Source: Rhizobiaceae bacterium (GTDB taxonomy: Bacteria; Pseudomonadota; Alphaproteobacteria; Rhizobiales; Rhizobiaceae). Taken from it: a DNA stretch of 64,000 nt. This document shows, one piece after another, positions 10,286-22,493 of this stretch. Location: NCBI GenBank assembly GCA_049289295.1, contig JBATLL010000070.1, positions 109,204 to 173,203 on the forward strand, given 5' to 3'. A program made the translations under genes and the position numbers. The stretch's first letter is position 1; each line of letters begins with the position of its first letter. The notes under the pieces are model-generated. The model made no database searches and was not told the origin of the DNA. It saw nothing but the letters and a program-made list of their open reading frames with translations.

Positions 10286-11589
10286 GCGATTTCCTGGCAC
10301 GAATGGCGCTTGGAGCGTACCGCCTCGCCGGTTCGCTCAGCTATCCGTTCATGGGACCCTTCCTGGCCCTGCGCGCGCGACGCGGCAAGGAGGATCGCAG
10401 CCGCCGATACGAGCGCTACGGCTATCCCAGTGCTGAGCGCCCCCAGGGTCCGCTGATCTGGTTTCATGCTGCCAGTGTTGGCGAATCGATGGCAGTGCTT
10501 CCACTCGTGGAACATGTGAGCCGCCTTGGCATTTCCACCATCATGACGACAGGCACCGTCACTTCGGCTGAAGTCGTCAAGGAGCGGCTGCCCGCTTCAA
10601 CCTATCATCAGTATGTACCGCTCGACATGACGCGGGCCGTGCACCGCTTCCTCGATCATTGGAAGCCCGATCTCGCTGTCTTTTCGGAATCCGAAATCTG
10701 GCCGACGATCATTCTCGAACTGGGAAATCGCCGGATACCGCAGGTCCTGGTCAATGCGCGCATGTCCGATTCGTCGTTCGCGAAATGGTCGGCAGCAAAC
10801 ACGCTGGCAAGCAAGCTCTTCGAAAAGATGTATCACGTAGTGGCACAATCCGAACTGGATGCGGAACGTTTTCGCGCTCTGGGTGCCCGCCCTGTTTCGG
10901 TTTCGGGAAACCTCAAGGTCGATACCAGCGAGTTGCCCTGTGACGAGAAACTTCTCCAGCTGCTGCTTTCCCAGATTGGCAACAGGCCGGTCTGGATTGC
11001 CGCCAGCACCCATCCCGGAGAGGAGAAGGTTGCGCTGGAAGTTCATCGCATGCTTGAGAGCAAGTTCCCCCGGTTGCTGACCGTGATAGTGCCGCGTCAC
11101 CCCGAGCGCTGCCCGGAAGTGGCGCGCATGCTCCAGGCGACTTCCGCCAAGGTGGTCAACCGCAGTTCCGGCCGGCCCATCACGCCCGATACTTCTTACT
11201 TCCTCGGAGACACGATCGGTGAAATGGGCTTGTACCTGCGCCTGGCCAAGCTGGTTTTCGTGGGACGCAGCCTTATCGGAGAGGGTGGGCAGAATCCTCT
11301 CGAGCCCGCCATGCTTGGGACGGCAATTCTTTCGGGGCGTAATGTCGCGAACTTCCGCGACGCCTATCGCAACCTGCTCGCCAATGGTGGGGCAAGGCTT
11401 GTGCGCGACACCGAAATGCTGGCCGCCAATGTAGATCACCTCCTTCTTCACGAAGATGAGCGAACGCAGATGTCCGTGAACGCGTCCAGGACCGTTGAGG
11501 AAATGCGCGGCGCACTGGGCCTGACCATCGAGATCCTCGATTCGCATCTCTTCCCACTCACGGTGAAGCGGGACCTGGAGGGCATCTGA
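10282..11589 (+). CDS. waaA: 3-deoxy-D-manno-octulosonic acid (Kdo) transferase
   Basis: 435 aa. N-terminal WFHAASVGES motif and a GT-B C-terminal half. Synteny with lpxK. Confidence 0.9.
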   Translation: MSDFLARMALGAYRLAGSLSYPFMGPFLALRARRGKEDRSRRYERYGYPSAERPQGPLIWFHAASVGESMAVLPLVEHVSRLGISTIMTTGTVTSAEVVKERLPASTYHQYVPLDMTRAVHRFLDHWKPDLAVFSESEIWPTIILELGNRRIPQVLVNARMSDSSFAKWSAANTLASKLFEKMYHVVAQSELDAERFRALGARPVSVSGNLKVDTSELPCDEKLLQLLLSQIGNRPVWIAASTHPGEEKVALEVHRMLESKFPRLLTVIVPRHPERCPEVARMLQATSAKVVNRSSGRPITPDTSYFLGDTIGEMGLYLRLAKLVFVGRSLIGEGGQNPLEPAMLGTAILSGRNVANFRDAYRNLLANGGARLVRDTEMLAANVDHLLLHEDERTQMSVNASRTVEEMRGALGLTIEILDSHLFPLTVKRDLEGI

Positions 11590-12629
11590 TGGCTTTGCAG
11601 GAATCGCCTCCCTTTTGGTGGCGCAAGGCTGGCGTGCGTGCTTGGGCTCTGTCGCCTCTGGCCGCGCTCTGGGGCGCGGTGGCAGCCCGCCGGATGGAGC
11701 AGAAGCCATCTGCTTCAGTTCAGGTGCCGGTGCTGTGTGTTGGAAATTTCGTCGCTGGCGGCGCTGGCAAGACGCCTACTGTCCTGGCTCTGGGGAAGGC
11801 TGCGCGCAAGCGCGGTTTGACACCGGGCTTCCTGTCCCGCGGCTATGGTGGGCACCTGCACGGCCCCGTCATGGTTGATCTCGATCATCACAGCGCATCC
11901 GATGTCGGTGATGAGCCCGTCCTTCTGGCGCGACAGGCACCCACCGCGATATCCGCCGATCGGCCTGCGGGTGCGGAACTGCTGGCTGCGCGCGGCTGCA
12001 ATTTCATCATCATGGATGACGGGTTCCAGAACCCGCATCTGCAGAAGGATTTTTCGCTGCTGGTGATTGATTCGGGCCGTGGCGCTGGAAATGGCATGCC
12101 GATACCCGCCGGTCCCTTGCGGGCACCCCTGGGCAGGCAACTGGCCATGGCAAATGGAGTCCTTGTCATCGGCAGGCAATCCGGCGCCGACGCGATCATT
12201 CGTCAGACTGCCCGCCGGGGCAAGCCGGTCTATCTGGCAAACACGGTTGCGATCAGGCCGTCACAATGGAAGAAGCGGCGTGTTGTGGCCTATGCAGGCA
12301 TTGCCGATCCGCTGAAATTCTATGGTACGCTCAAGGATTGTGGAGCAGACATTGCAGCGCGCCGCTCGTTTCCCGATCACCATGTCTTCACCCAGGAAGA
12401 GGTGTGGGAACTGAACGAAAGTGCTTCACGACTGGAAGCCGAACTGGTCACAACCGCCAAGGATATTGCGCGCCTAGAAGGCGGCAGTCATCATCAGCGC
12501 GAACTGGCGGCTTCGTCACTCTGCCTCGAAATAGAGCTGGAGTTCGATGATCCAAGAACGGCTGGCATCATCATCGATGCGACCCTGGCGGCGCATGATG
12601 AACGCATGCTGGCCAGTTCGCCTTCCTGA
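11589..12629 (+). CDS. lpxK: Tetraacyldisaccharide 4'-kinase
   Basis: 346 aa. P-loop GNFVAGGAGKTP. The stop of waaA overlaps the start by 1 nt. Confidence 0.9.
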   Translation: MALQESPPFWWRKAGVRAWALSPLAALWGAVAARRMEQKPSASVQVPVLCVGNFVAGGAGKTPTVLALGKAARKRGLTPGFLSRGYGGHLHGPVMVDLDHHSASDVGDEPVLLARQAPTAISADRPAGAELLAARGCNFIIMDDGFQNPHLQKDFSLLVIDSGRGAGNGMPIPAGPLRAPLGRQLAMANGVLVIGRQSGADAIIRQTARRGKPVYLANTVAIRPSQWKKRRVVAYAGIADPLKFYGTLKDCGADIAARRSFPDHHVFTQEEVWELNESASRLEAELVTTAKDIARLEGGSHHQRELAASSLCLEIELEFDDPRTAGIIIDATLAAHDERMLASSPS

Positions 12630-12708
12630 GACAGATTCCATAAACGCAGGGATTGTTCGCATGCTGGAAGTACGCCGGTCCTGTCGGCCAGAAGGCAAGT
12701 AGCAACCG

Positions 12709-12918
12709 TCAGGCCCCGCCAGTTTCCCGCCTGAAGGATGCGATGGCATCCACATAGGCTTCCTGGCGTTCGACACTCCAGTATTTCAGTTCATCCAGCG
12801 GAATGATGACGTCGGTTACCGCGCAGCGGACGTGCGTGCCCGGTGACAGCACCTGAAAGTCTGCGTCGAGATAGCGGATGCGGGCTTCGCCCGAGCCAGG
12901 TCCTTCGAAACGGTTCAT
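12709..12918 (-). CDS. DUF2093 domain protein
   Basis: 69 aa. RYLDADFQVLSPG...PLDELKYWSVERQEAYVD resembles the conserved alphaproteobacterial DUF2093. Confidence 0.6.
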   Translation of the reverse strand: MNRFEGPGSGEARIRYLDADFQVLSPGTHVRCAVTDVIIPLDELKYWSVERQEAYVDAIASFRRETGGA

Positions 12919-12991
12919 GGCCTTCAGTCCTGAATGGGTACAATTACATGTTCAATATGGCTTCGAGAGGCTGCAGGTCAACCTTGATGGA

Positions 12992-14776
12992 TCATCGACC
13001 GAACAGCCGTTCGATATCCTTCAGCTTGAGTTCGATGAAGGTCGGCCTGCCGTGATTGCACTGGCCAGCGTTCGGCGTGGATTCCATCTGCCTCAACAGC
13101 GCGTTCATTTCATCGGGCTTCAGAAGGCGTCCGGAGCGAACCGAACCATGGCATGCCATTGTGGACGCAATGGCATTCAGGCGCGCGCGCAACCCACCCG
13201 CACCTTTCCAGTCTGCCACCTGGTCAGCGAGATCGCGCACGAGCAGGCCCGCATCCACTTCACCAAGCAGGGCAGGCGTTTCGCGCACGGCCACTGCATC
13301 GGGTCCGAACCTTTCGAGACCCAGGCCAAGTGATGCCAGATCCTCGGCATGTTCGCACAACCGGTTTACATCCTCTTCCGGCAGGTCGACGATTTCGGGA
13401 ATGAGCAGAAGCTGGCTGGCAACGCCCTTGTCCAGGTTCGCCTTGAAGGATTCATACACAAGCCGTTCATGCGCGGCATGCTGATCCACGATCACAAGGC
13501 CGTCCCTGGTCTGCGAAATGATGTAGTTGGCATGTAGCTGCGCGCGCGCTGCACCCAGAGGAAAACTGTCCGCTGCCTCCGTGGTTCCGCTGGTTTCCTG
13601 TCGAGCCGAAGGGGTGGGTGCCTGTTCGAACTCGGCCTGGGATTCCGCCAGTCCGCCAAATGCCGGCGCAGAACCGTTCAGTGGACTGTTCGGCGACGTT
13701 GCCCAGGTTGGAGTATTTGTCCGCCAGATGGAGCCGGGGGTTCCGGCAGAAAATGCGCTCTGCATGGCTGAGGCACGTTCCGTCGATCCCGTCATGCCTG
13801 CATTGGCAATCGCCTGCCGGATGGCGCCAACCACCAGCCCGCGAACGAGTGCGGGATCGCGAAAACGCACTTCGGCCTTGGCCGGGTGTACGTTCACATC
13901 AACCTGATGCGGCTCGACATCGATGAACAGCGCCAGCACCGGATGCCGGTCTCGCGCCATCACATCGGCATAGGCACCGCGCACGGCTCCCAGCAACTGC
14001 TTGTCACGCACGGGCCTGCCATTGACGAAGAAGAACTGGTGCTGGGCATTGCCCCGGTGGAAGGTAGGCAATCCGGTGAGGCCGGTCAGGCGGACACCTT
14101 CCCTTTCCGCGTCGATCTCGAGAGCGTTGGCTACAAAGCCATCGCCCAGAATCTGGGCCAGCCGGCCCGCCTGATCGCCTGAGGCCAGTTCCAGCGTTGA
14201 TCTGTCACTGCCTGCAAGCGTGAAGCGGACATTGGGAAAGGCTATCGCCATTCGTTTGACGATATCGGTGATTGCATTTGCCTCGGCCTGGTCGGACCGA
14301 AGGAATTTCAATCGCGCCGGCGTGGTCATGAACAGATCCCGCACCTCGACAAGCGTACCCCTGGCAAGGGCGGCGGGACTTGGGCCTTCGAGCTGTCCCG
14401 ACGTCACCGATATCTTCCACGCACCATCCTGTGAGTCGGCATGCCTGCTGGTCAGGCTGAGCCGTGAAACCGCGCCGATCGAGGGCAATGCCTCACCGCG
14501 AAACCCCAGGGTACGAATATCGAGAAGATCGTCCGCGAGCTTGGAAGTACAATGGCGTTCGACTGCAAGTACGAGATCCTGTGATAACATGCCCGCCCCG
14601 TCATCCAGCACGCAGATCAGGTTCTTGCCGCCATTTGCAGTCGTGATCTCGATGCGCTGCGCGCCGGCATCAATGGCGTTTTCCACCAGTTCCTTGACGA
14701 TGCTCGCAGGACGCTCAACCACCTCGCCTGCGGCGATGCGGTTTACGACCGATTCTGGAAGACGGACAATGGCCAT
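12992..14776 (-). CDS. mutL: DNA mismatch repair protein MutL
   Basis: GHKL ATPase N-terminus [29 protein letters not shown], with a C-terminal dimerisation/endonuclease domain. The start is taken at MAIVRL, 13 codons inside the ORF-track call. Confidence 0.95.
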   Translation of the reverse strand: MAIVRLPESVVNRIAAGEVVERPASIVKELVENAIDAGAQRIEITTANGGKNLICVLDDGAGMLSQDLVLAVERHCTSKLADDLLDIRTLGFRGEALPSIGAVSRLSLTSRHADSQDGAWKISVTSGQLEGPSPAALARGTLVEVRDLFMTTPARLKFLRSDQAEANAITDIVKRMAIAFPNVRFTLAGSDRSTLELASGDQAGRLAQILGDGFVANALEIDAEREGVRLTGLTGLPTFHRGNAQHQFFFVNGRPVRDKQLLGAVRGAYADVMARDRHPVLALFIDVEPHQVDVNVHPAKAEVRFRDPALVRGLVVGAIRQAIANAGMTGSTERASAMQSAFSAGTPGSIWRTNTPTWATSPNSPLNGSAPAFGGLAESQAEFEQAPTPSARQETSGTTEAADSFPLGAARAQLHANYIISQTRDGLVIVDQHAAHERLVYESFKANLDKGVASQLLLIPEIVDLPEEDVNRLCEHAEDLASLGLGLERFGPDAVAVRETPALLGEVDAGLLVRDLADQVADWKGAGGLRARLNAIASTMACHGSVRSGRLLKPDEMNALLRQMESTPNAGQCNHGRPTFIELKLKDIERLFGR

Positions 14777-14947
14777 GCTGATTCCCTGTGCGGGCAAATT
14801 GTTGCATGGGCGCATTCGCAGTCAAACCCGAACTTTCTGCGATTGGGGAAATGGCTGTGCCAATCTCCGGTTCAGCTTGTAACTTGTCCGGCTTTGCGCC
14901 ATTTTGCGGCCAAACCCAGCAATGGGTAACACTTACAGGAGAAAGCA

Positions 14948-16405
14948 ATGCTTGCGAATTCCGATGCCTTCAAGCGTGAAGCAAACCTCATCGGTGGCCA
15001 GTGGGTCCAGGCCGATTCGGGCGAAACCTTGAAGGTGAACAATCCAGCAACTGGCGAGATCATCGGCACTGTGCCACGATCCGGAAAGGCAGAGACCGCG
15101 CGCGCGATTGCTGCCGCTGCAAAGGCCTTCGAGACCTTCCGCAAGACCAGCGCACTTGACCGTTCCAAGATGCTGCGCCGTCTGCATGATGTCATTCTTG
15201 AAAATCAGGAAGCGCTTGCCCGCCTCCTTTCCATGGAACAGGGCAAGTCACTGTTCGAATCACGCGGCGAAGTGGGAATGTCGGCTGCCTACGTCTTGTG
15301 GTTTGCCGAAGAGGCACGCCGCACCTATGGCGACATCGTTCCTTCGCCCTGGGCGGATCGGCGCATTCTCGTCACCAAGGAACCTGTCGGGGTCATTGCC
15401 GCTATCACGCCGTGGAATTTTCCATCGTCGATGCTGGCACGCAAGATCGGTCCGGCGATTGCTGCTGGCTGTACCTGTGTGGTGAAGCCGGCTTCCCAGA
15501 CTCCCTATTCGGGCCTTGCATGGGGCGTGTTGTGCGAGATGGCCGGCATTCCAGAAGGTGTCGTGAACATCGTGACGGGATCGGCTGCCGAGATCGGCGG
15601 CGAGATCACACGCAATCCAACCGTTCGCAAGATCACCTTCACCGGTTCGACGCCAGTCGGAAAGCAGTTGCTCAAGGCTGCGGCTGGAACCGTCAAGAAA
15701 GTATCGATGGAACTGGGCGGCAACGCGCCATTCATCGTCTTCAACGATGCTGATCTGGAACGCGCCGTTCAGGGTGCCATGGCAGCAAAATATCGCAATT
15801 CCGGCCAGACCTGTGTTTGCACGAACCGCTTCCTCGTCCAGTCGAAAATCTACCACAAGTTCGTTGACCGGCTTTCCGAAGAAGCGGCGCGCCTGAAGGT
15901 TGGTAATGGCCTTGAGGATGGCACGCAACAGGGACCGCTCATCGACATGAAGGCTGTCGAATTCATGGAGACCATGATCGCCGACGCGGTAAAGAAGGGC
16001 GGCAAGATCGCAACCGGCGGAAAGCGTCACAAGCTGGGCGGTTCATTCTTCGAGCCGACCGTCATTGCCAACGCAAAACAGCGGATGCGTTTCTCGAAGG
16101 AAGAGATTTTCGGACCGGTGGCACCAGTGTTCAAGTTCCGCACCGAGGAAGAAGCCATCGCCATGGCGAATGACACCGCCTTCGGCCTTGCCTGCTATTT
16201 CTACACGCAGGATCTGGGTCGCGCACACCGGGTCATGGAAGGATTGAAGTACGGCCTGATCGGCGTCAATGAAGGGCTGATCACAACCGTGGAAGCACCA
16301 TTCGGTGGCTTGAAGGAATCCGGCCTTGGCAAGGAAGGCGGACATCAGGGCATCGAGGATTATCTCGACAGCAAATATGTCTGCGTGGGCGGGCTTGGTC
16401 TCTAG
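14948..16405 (+). CDS. gabD: NAD(P)-dependent succinate-semialdehyde dehydrogenase
   Basis: 485-aa aldehyde dehydrogenase. ELGGNAP and catalytic Cys segment GQTCVCTNR. GabD-like N-terminus with GGQW. Confidence 0.85.
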   Translation: MLANSDAFKREANLIGGQWVQADSGETLKVNNPATGEIIGTVPRSGKAETARAIAAAAKAFETFRKTSALDRSKMLRRLHDVILENQEALARLLSMEQGKSLFESRGEVGMSAAYVLWFAEEARRTYGDIVPSPWADRRILVTKEPVGVIAAITPWNFPSSMLARKIGPAIAAGCTCVVKPASQTPYSGLAWGVLCEMAGIPEGVVNIVTGSAAEIGGEITRNPTVRKITFTGSTPVGKQLLKAAAGTVKKVSMELGGNAPFIVFNDADLERAVQGAMAAKYRNSGQTCVCTNRFLVQSKIYHKFVDRLSEEAARLKVGNGLEDGTQQGPLIDMKAVEFMETMIADAVKKGGKIATGGKRHKLGGSFFEPTVIANAKQRMRFSKEEIFGPVAPVFKFRTEEEAIAMANDTAFGLACYFYTQDLGRAHRVMEGLKYGLIGVNEGLITTVEAPFGGLKESGLGKEGGHQGIEDYLDSKYVCVGGLGL

Positions 16406-16408
16406 GCC

Positions 16409-16780
16409 TCAGCCTGAAGCCATCACGATGCCGACAAGGATCAGTGCGCTTCCCATGAAGAAGCGCACTGACAATGGCTCACCGAGCCACCACCAGGCCA
16501 TCATGGGTACGATGACGAAGCTCAGCGCCATGAAGAGATAGGCCGTGGAAAGCGGCACGTTTCTCAGCGCCAGCACCCACCCGATCGTGGCAATTCCGTA
16601 AAGCGCGAGCGCCAGGATGAACAATCCGGCTGCCCGGAAATCATGCAGGAAGGCTTCAAAGCCGGCGGTTCCAAGACGGGTCCCCACGGTCTTGAACAAC
16701 ATCTGCCCGAGCGCGATGATCGACACCACGCACAGGATGATGATGTAGTTCTGGGTTTGTGTCGGCTGCGCCAGGCCCAT
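16409..16780 (-). CDS. Small 4-TM DMT/SMR-like membrane protein (EamA-type half transporter, ArnE/ArnF-like)
   Basis: 123 aa with four hydrophobic helices. Last gene of the GT2-methyltransferase operon. Confidence 0.65.
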   Translation of the reverse strand: MGLAQPTQTQNYIIILCVVSIIALGQMLFKTVGTRLGTAGFEAFLHDFRAAGLFILALALYGIATIGWVLALRNVPLSTAYLFMALSFVIVPMMAWWWLGEPLSVRFFMGSALILVGIVMASG

Positions 16781-16784
16781 TGCA

Positions 16785-17468
16785 TTACACCTTGATGTTT
16801 ACAGCATAGATCAGGTTGACGTCGGGCAGCGGAACTCGCAGAGGCCACCACACGGTCTTCCTGTCAGGGAAGTAGTAGTCGATGAACGTCACCAGATTGA
16901 AGATCGAATTCACATGCTCGCGCGCCATCCAGTAGTCATATTCGAACCCGGCATTCTGGGCCCGTTTGCGCACACCAAGCATCCTGCCAAAACGCCAGGC
17001 AATGCCCGGATCGCATGGCAGTACCAGTGACAGGGTCCCGCCCGGCCGCACCACGCGGGCCCATTCGCGCAATATCGCATGTGGATTTACCAGGTGCTCC
17101 AGAACGTGGGTCGCAATCAGCCTGTCGAACGAATTGTCTTCGAACGACAGGCTGGCTGCATCCTCCACCTTGAACTCGAAACGATTGTCATCGCGGTAGC
17201 GCAGGCGAGCGCGGTCCAGCATGCGCTCGTTATAGTCCGTCACTACATAGCGGTCATATCCGTGGCGAACAGTTGCCGGATGCTGCCCGGAACCCGCACC
17301 GATTTCCACAACGTCGCTGAAATGGTCGTTCGGAGCGAACGCCTTTTCCAGCACCAGATGGGAATGGGCGAGCACCTTCGAGGAAAGGCTCTGTGAGTAG
17401 TTGAGACTGTCATAATTGGCCTCGAACTGCCGCAGATAGCTTTCAAGATTTGGCTCAGCCTTCATCAT
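16785..17468 (-). CDS. Class I SAM-dependent methyltransferase
   Basis: 227 aa. Motif I VVEIGAGSGQH. Methyltransf_11-like core. Confidence 0.85.
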   Translation of the reverse strand: MMKAEPNLESYLRQFEANYDSLNYSQSLSSKVLAHSHLVLEKAFAPNDHFSDVVEIGAGSGQHPATVRHGYDRYVVTDYNERMLDRARLRYRDDNRFEFKVEDAASLSFEDNSFDRLIATHVLEHLVNPHAILREWARVVRPGGTLSLVLPCDPGIAWRFGRMLGVRKRAQNAGFEYDYWMAREHVNSIFNLVTFIDYYFPDRKTVWWPLRVPLPDVNLIYAVNIKV

Positions 17469-17505
17469 TCCGGATTTCTCCCCCAGGGTGTTCTCGCGGT
17501 ACCAG

Positions 17506-18480
17506 TCATTCGCCAGAACGTGTGCGGGTCATGTTGTAGAACATGCGTTTGATCTCGGCCCGCATGCGTCTGATTGAATCAAGGATCACGCCTGCGGTAA
17601 TCGTGAGAATTGAGACGATCACGATGCCGGTGGACAGGATTGCCGTCGGCACTCGCTCGACAAGGCCAGTGCGCCCGAATTCGAGTACCAGAGGCACTGC
17701 AAGCGCCATCGCGAACAGGATACCGGCAACGCCGATCCCGCCGAAGAAGTAGAGGGGCTTGTATTCCTTGAGCAGGACCACGACCGTCTTGAGAATGCGT
17801 GCGCCATCCCTGAACGTGGAAAGCTTGCTTTCCGAGCCCTCCGGGCGATCCTTGTAGGGAAGTGCGATTTCGGCGACCGGCAGGCGCAATTGCGAAGCGT
17901 GCGCCGACAGTTCGGTCTCGATCTCGAAACCGGCGGAAACGGCGGGAAAGCTTTTCACGAAACGGCGCGAAAAGGCCCGGTAACCGGAAAAGATGTCGGA
18001 GAAGTCCTGTCCGAACAGCCAGCTGTAGAGAACGTTGAAAGCCCGGTTGCCCATGGCATGCCCGGCGCGCTGGTGTTTCTCGGTCGCACCAATGCGTGCA
18101 CCAACAGCCATGTCGATGCGCTCCTGCAGAACCTTGTTGATCAGTTGCGTGGCCTGGCTGGCGTCATAGGTATTGTCGCCATCGACCATGACATAGACGT
18201 CCGCATCGATCTCGGAGAACATGCGCCTGACGACATTACCCTTGCCTGGCCGCACTTCGTAGCCGACCACCGCGCCGGCTTCGCTGGCTATGCGCGCCGT
18301 CTCGTCACTGGAATTGTTGTCATAGACATAGACCGTGCAGCCGGGAACATAGGCGTGGAAACTCTCCACGACATCCCTGATCGTAACCGCTTCATTCTTG
18401 CACGGCACGAGTATGGCGATCTGTTTTTCGCGGGCCTTCAGCATCTTCAGTCTCCCTTGTCCGCTTTCTGGATAGTCCAT
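17506..18480 (-). CDS. Family 2 glycosyltransferase with C-terminal TM helices (polyprenyl-phosphate sugar synthase type, ArnC/GtrB/DPM1-like)
   Basis: ILVPCKNEA, DNNSSDET and VDGDNTYD (DxD) motifs. Two C-terminal hydrophobic helices. Confidence 0.85.
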   Translation of the reverse strand: MDYPESGQGRLKMLKAREKQIAILVPCKNEAVTIRDVVESFHAYVPGCTVYVYDNNSSDETARIASEAGAVVGYEVRPGKGNVVRRMFSEIDADVYVMVDGDNTYDASQATQLINKVLQERIDMAVGARIGATEKHQRAGHAMGNRAFNVLYSWLFGQDFSDIFSGYRAFSRRFVKSFPAVSAGFEIETELSAHASQLRLPVAEIALPYKDRPEGSESKLSTFRDGARILKTVVVLLKEYKPLYFFGGIGVAGILFAMALAVPLVLEFGRTGLVERVPTAILSTGIVIVSILTITAGVILDSIRRMRAEIKRMFYNMTRTRSGE

Positions 18481-18567
18481 GAGCCGTAAAAACTAAATTA
18501 ACGATTCGAACCGAAGCTGCCTGTAACGTTGCGGTGGCCTCTGCCGCCGGGAATTCGGACCACTCTC

Positions 18568-20439
18568 ATGACCATGCCAGATCACAACACCCCAAACCGG
18601 GAAGACACATCCTGGACCCGCATTGCCATGTGGACAGTCCTGTTTCAGATCGCCTGGTACTGGCGAGGCCTGATGCAACTGTTCGTGGATGGCGCCATGC
18701 CGGATACCGACGATTTCGTCCGCCTCCAGCAGGTGCGCGACTTCATGTCGGGGCAGGGCTGGTATGATCTCGTGCAGCATCGCATGGATCCGCCATTTGG
18801 CGCAGACCTGCACTGGTCGCGACTTGTCGATCTGCCAATTGCGGGATTGATCTGGTTTTTCAACCTGTTTGCCGAACCAGCACTCGCCGAGCGCATCGTC
18901 CTTCTTGTCTGGCCGACCCTGTTGCTGGTGGCGACCGTGCTGGTTGTCGTGCGCATCTGCCTTGCCCTGGCGCCGCGGCACAATGCACTGTTGAGCGTCC
19001 TGTTCACGGTGACCTGCATAACGGCACTGGTGGAATATGCGCCGGGCCGTATTGATCATCATTCGGTGCAGATACTGCTTTTCTGCCTTGCCCTGCTCGG
19101 TCTGGTGGAAAGCCGCAAGCCGTGGGGCGGGTTGCTGTTGGGCGCATCGATTGCGGCGAGCCTCTCGGTTGGCCTTGAATCAGTCACGCTGTTCCCGCTT
19201 ATGCTTGCCTGGGTGTCGCTTGGCTGGGTATGGGGAAGTGATCGAGGCGGGCGCAATCTGCTCGCGACAGCCATTGGCCTGGCCGTTGCTACCTTGATCC
19301 TCTATCCGCTGAACTATGCGCCCTCCCAATGGCTGGTTGCGCGGTGCGATGCAAACTCTCTTGTCTATCTTTGCGCTAACCTGGCTATTGCCGCCGGGTT
19401 TGCCTTGCTGGCCTGGCAGACCCCCAGGCTGACTCTTGCAGACTGGAAGAAGACTGCCCTGGTCCGCCTCGCATCCGGTGCTGTTCTTGGCGTGGCAATC
19501 CTGGGTGGCCTGCTTGCAGCATTTCCCCATTGTGCGCAGGGTCCGCTCGGCGAAATGGGTAGCGAACTCACCCAGCGCTGGCTGGTACATGTCGCTGAAT
19601 CCATGACAATGATCGATCAGTTGCAGGAGTTTCCCGAACTCTGGTTCTACGGGATCGGCTATTGCACCTTCCTCACGATAATCGGCGCTCTCATCCTGTG
19701 GAAGCGCGGCAGGCAGAACCCGGAAATTGCGGCCGTCTACGCCATTTTCGTCCTCTCCTATCTTTCCTCCTTCCTGCTCTATCGCGGGCTTCGCATCGGC
19801 GTATTTGCCAGCATCCCGATTTGCGTGCTTGCAGCAGAGATCAGCTGGAACTGGCTGCAATCGAAGAATTTCTCCCTGCGACCGTTTCCTGCCATGGTCC
19901 AGACGGCTGTCGTGATCCTGCTTCTGTCGCCGGTATGGCTTACGGCTGGATCCGTTGCCTTTCCCAATCAGCGTTCGCAGGCTGTCGTTACCCAGGCCAT
20001 TGCCGATGCACGGCAAGGCGACGAAGTGCCGGACTGGAAGAAGGAAGAATTCCATGCCATCTGCAACCTGCAAAGCCAGTACGAACGGCTGGGCAGCCTG
20101 CCATCGGCCTATGTCATGGGTGATATAAACTCCGGCGCCGCGATCCTTGCCTTCACCGATCACGCTGTTGTGGGCGGCCCTTACCATCGCAACGGGAAAG
20201 CCATTCTCGATATCATGGACTTTTTCGAAACCGACCTGCAAAAGCCAGAACGTATCGCGCGGGACAGGGCGGTGGACTATGTCGCATGGTGTGATCTTGG
20301 CAGGCCGCTGACACAGGAACAGCTGGCTGGCGACAACCTGGCCGTTCACATTCTCCAGGGCACACAGCCTGCCTGGCTTGAGAAGCTGTCCACGCCGCAG
20401 GAGCGACTTTTCCTCTTCAAGGTGAATTTGCAGCGATAG
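18568..20439 (+). CDS. Large polytopic membrane protein, candidate GT-C (ArnT/PMT_2-like) glycosyltransferase
   Basis: About 623 aa and more than 10 TM helices with a soluble C-terminal domain of about 150 aa. After TM1, the first extracytoplasmic loop reads PDTDDFVRLQQVRDFMSGQGW, which resembles the acidic loop-1 motif of GT-C enzymes. Divergent from the GT2 operon. Confidence 0.6.
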   Translation: MTMPDHNTPNREDTSWTRIAMWTVLFQIAWYWRGLMQLFVDGAMPDTDDFVRLQQVRDFMSGQGWYDLVQHRMDPPFGADLHWSRLVDLPIAGLIWFFNLFAEPALAERIVLLVWPTLLLVATVLVVVRICLALAPRHNALLSVLFTVTCITALVEYAPGRIDHHSVQILLFCLALLGLVESRKPWGGLLLGASIAASLSVGLESVTLFPLMLAWVSLGWVWGSDRGGRNLLATAIGLAVATLILYPLNYAPSQWLVARCDANSLVYLCANLAIAAGFALLAWQTPRLTLADWKKTALVRLASGAVLGVAILGGLLAAFPHCAQGPLGEMGSELTQRWLVHVAESMTMIDQLQEFPELWFYGIGYCTFLTIIGALILWKRGRQNPEIAAVYAIFVLSYLSSFLLYRGLRIGVFASIPICVLAAEISWNWLQSKNFSLRPFPAMVQTAVVILLLSPVWLTAGSVAFPNQRSQAVVTQAIADARQGDEVPDWKKEEFHAICNLQSQYERLGSLPSAYVMGDINSGAAILAFTDHAVVGGPYHRNGKAILDIMDFFETDLQKPERIARDRAVDYVAWCDLGRPLTQEQLAGDNLAVHILQGTQPAWLEKLSTPQERLFLFKVNLQR

Positions 20440-20490
20440 TCTTTGCATCCGCCCCAGTAGCGTGGTAACGCCACTTGCCATTCCATGTAG

Positions 20491-22050
<1,560 letters not shown>

Positions 22051-22065
22051 TCCATCAGTGGAGCA

Positions 22066-22491
22066 ATGCCAATGAAACCGGAAATGATCCTTTGGCCGAT
22101 AATCATGCACGCCCTTGTCACGCTCTGGCTCTATGTCCCGATGAGTGGCGCACGGGTGCGCTCGGTCAAGGAAGGAAAGGTCAAGGGTTCGGTCTACAAG
22201 CTCAATCAGGGTGAACCTGAAGAAAGCCTCCGCTTCACGAACGCAATCCGCAACCAGAATGAAAGCGGTATCATCTTCTATGCCGGGGTTGTTGCAGCCT
22301 ATGCGTCGGGCAATGCCACGATGATTCTGATTGCGCTCGCCTGGGCCTTTGCCATCGTCAAGACCATTCATGTCTGGGTCCATATCTCGACAAACAATTT
22401 GCGCCATCGTCGCCCGATATTCATGGTGGCCTATCTCGCGCTTGTTCTGTTCTGGATCGTGTTCGCCATTCAATTGTCCGGATTGGTCTGA
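22066..22491 (+). CDS. MAPEG family membrane protein
   Basis: 141 aa and 4 TM. MAPEG-like layout. Confidence 0.7.
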   Translation: MPMKPEMILWPIIMHALVTLWLYVPMSGARVRSVKEGKVKGSVYKLNQGEPEESLRFTNAIRNQNESGIIFYAGVVAAYASGNATMILIALAWAFAIVKTIHVWVHISTNNLRHRRPIFMVAYLALVLFWIVFAIQLSGLV

Positions 22492-22493
22492 CC

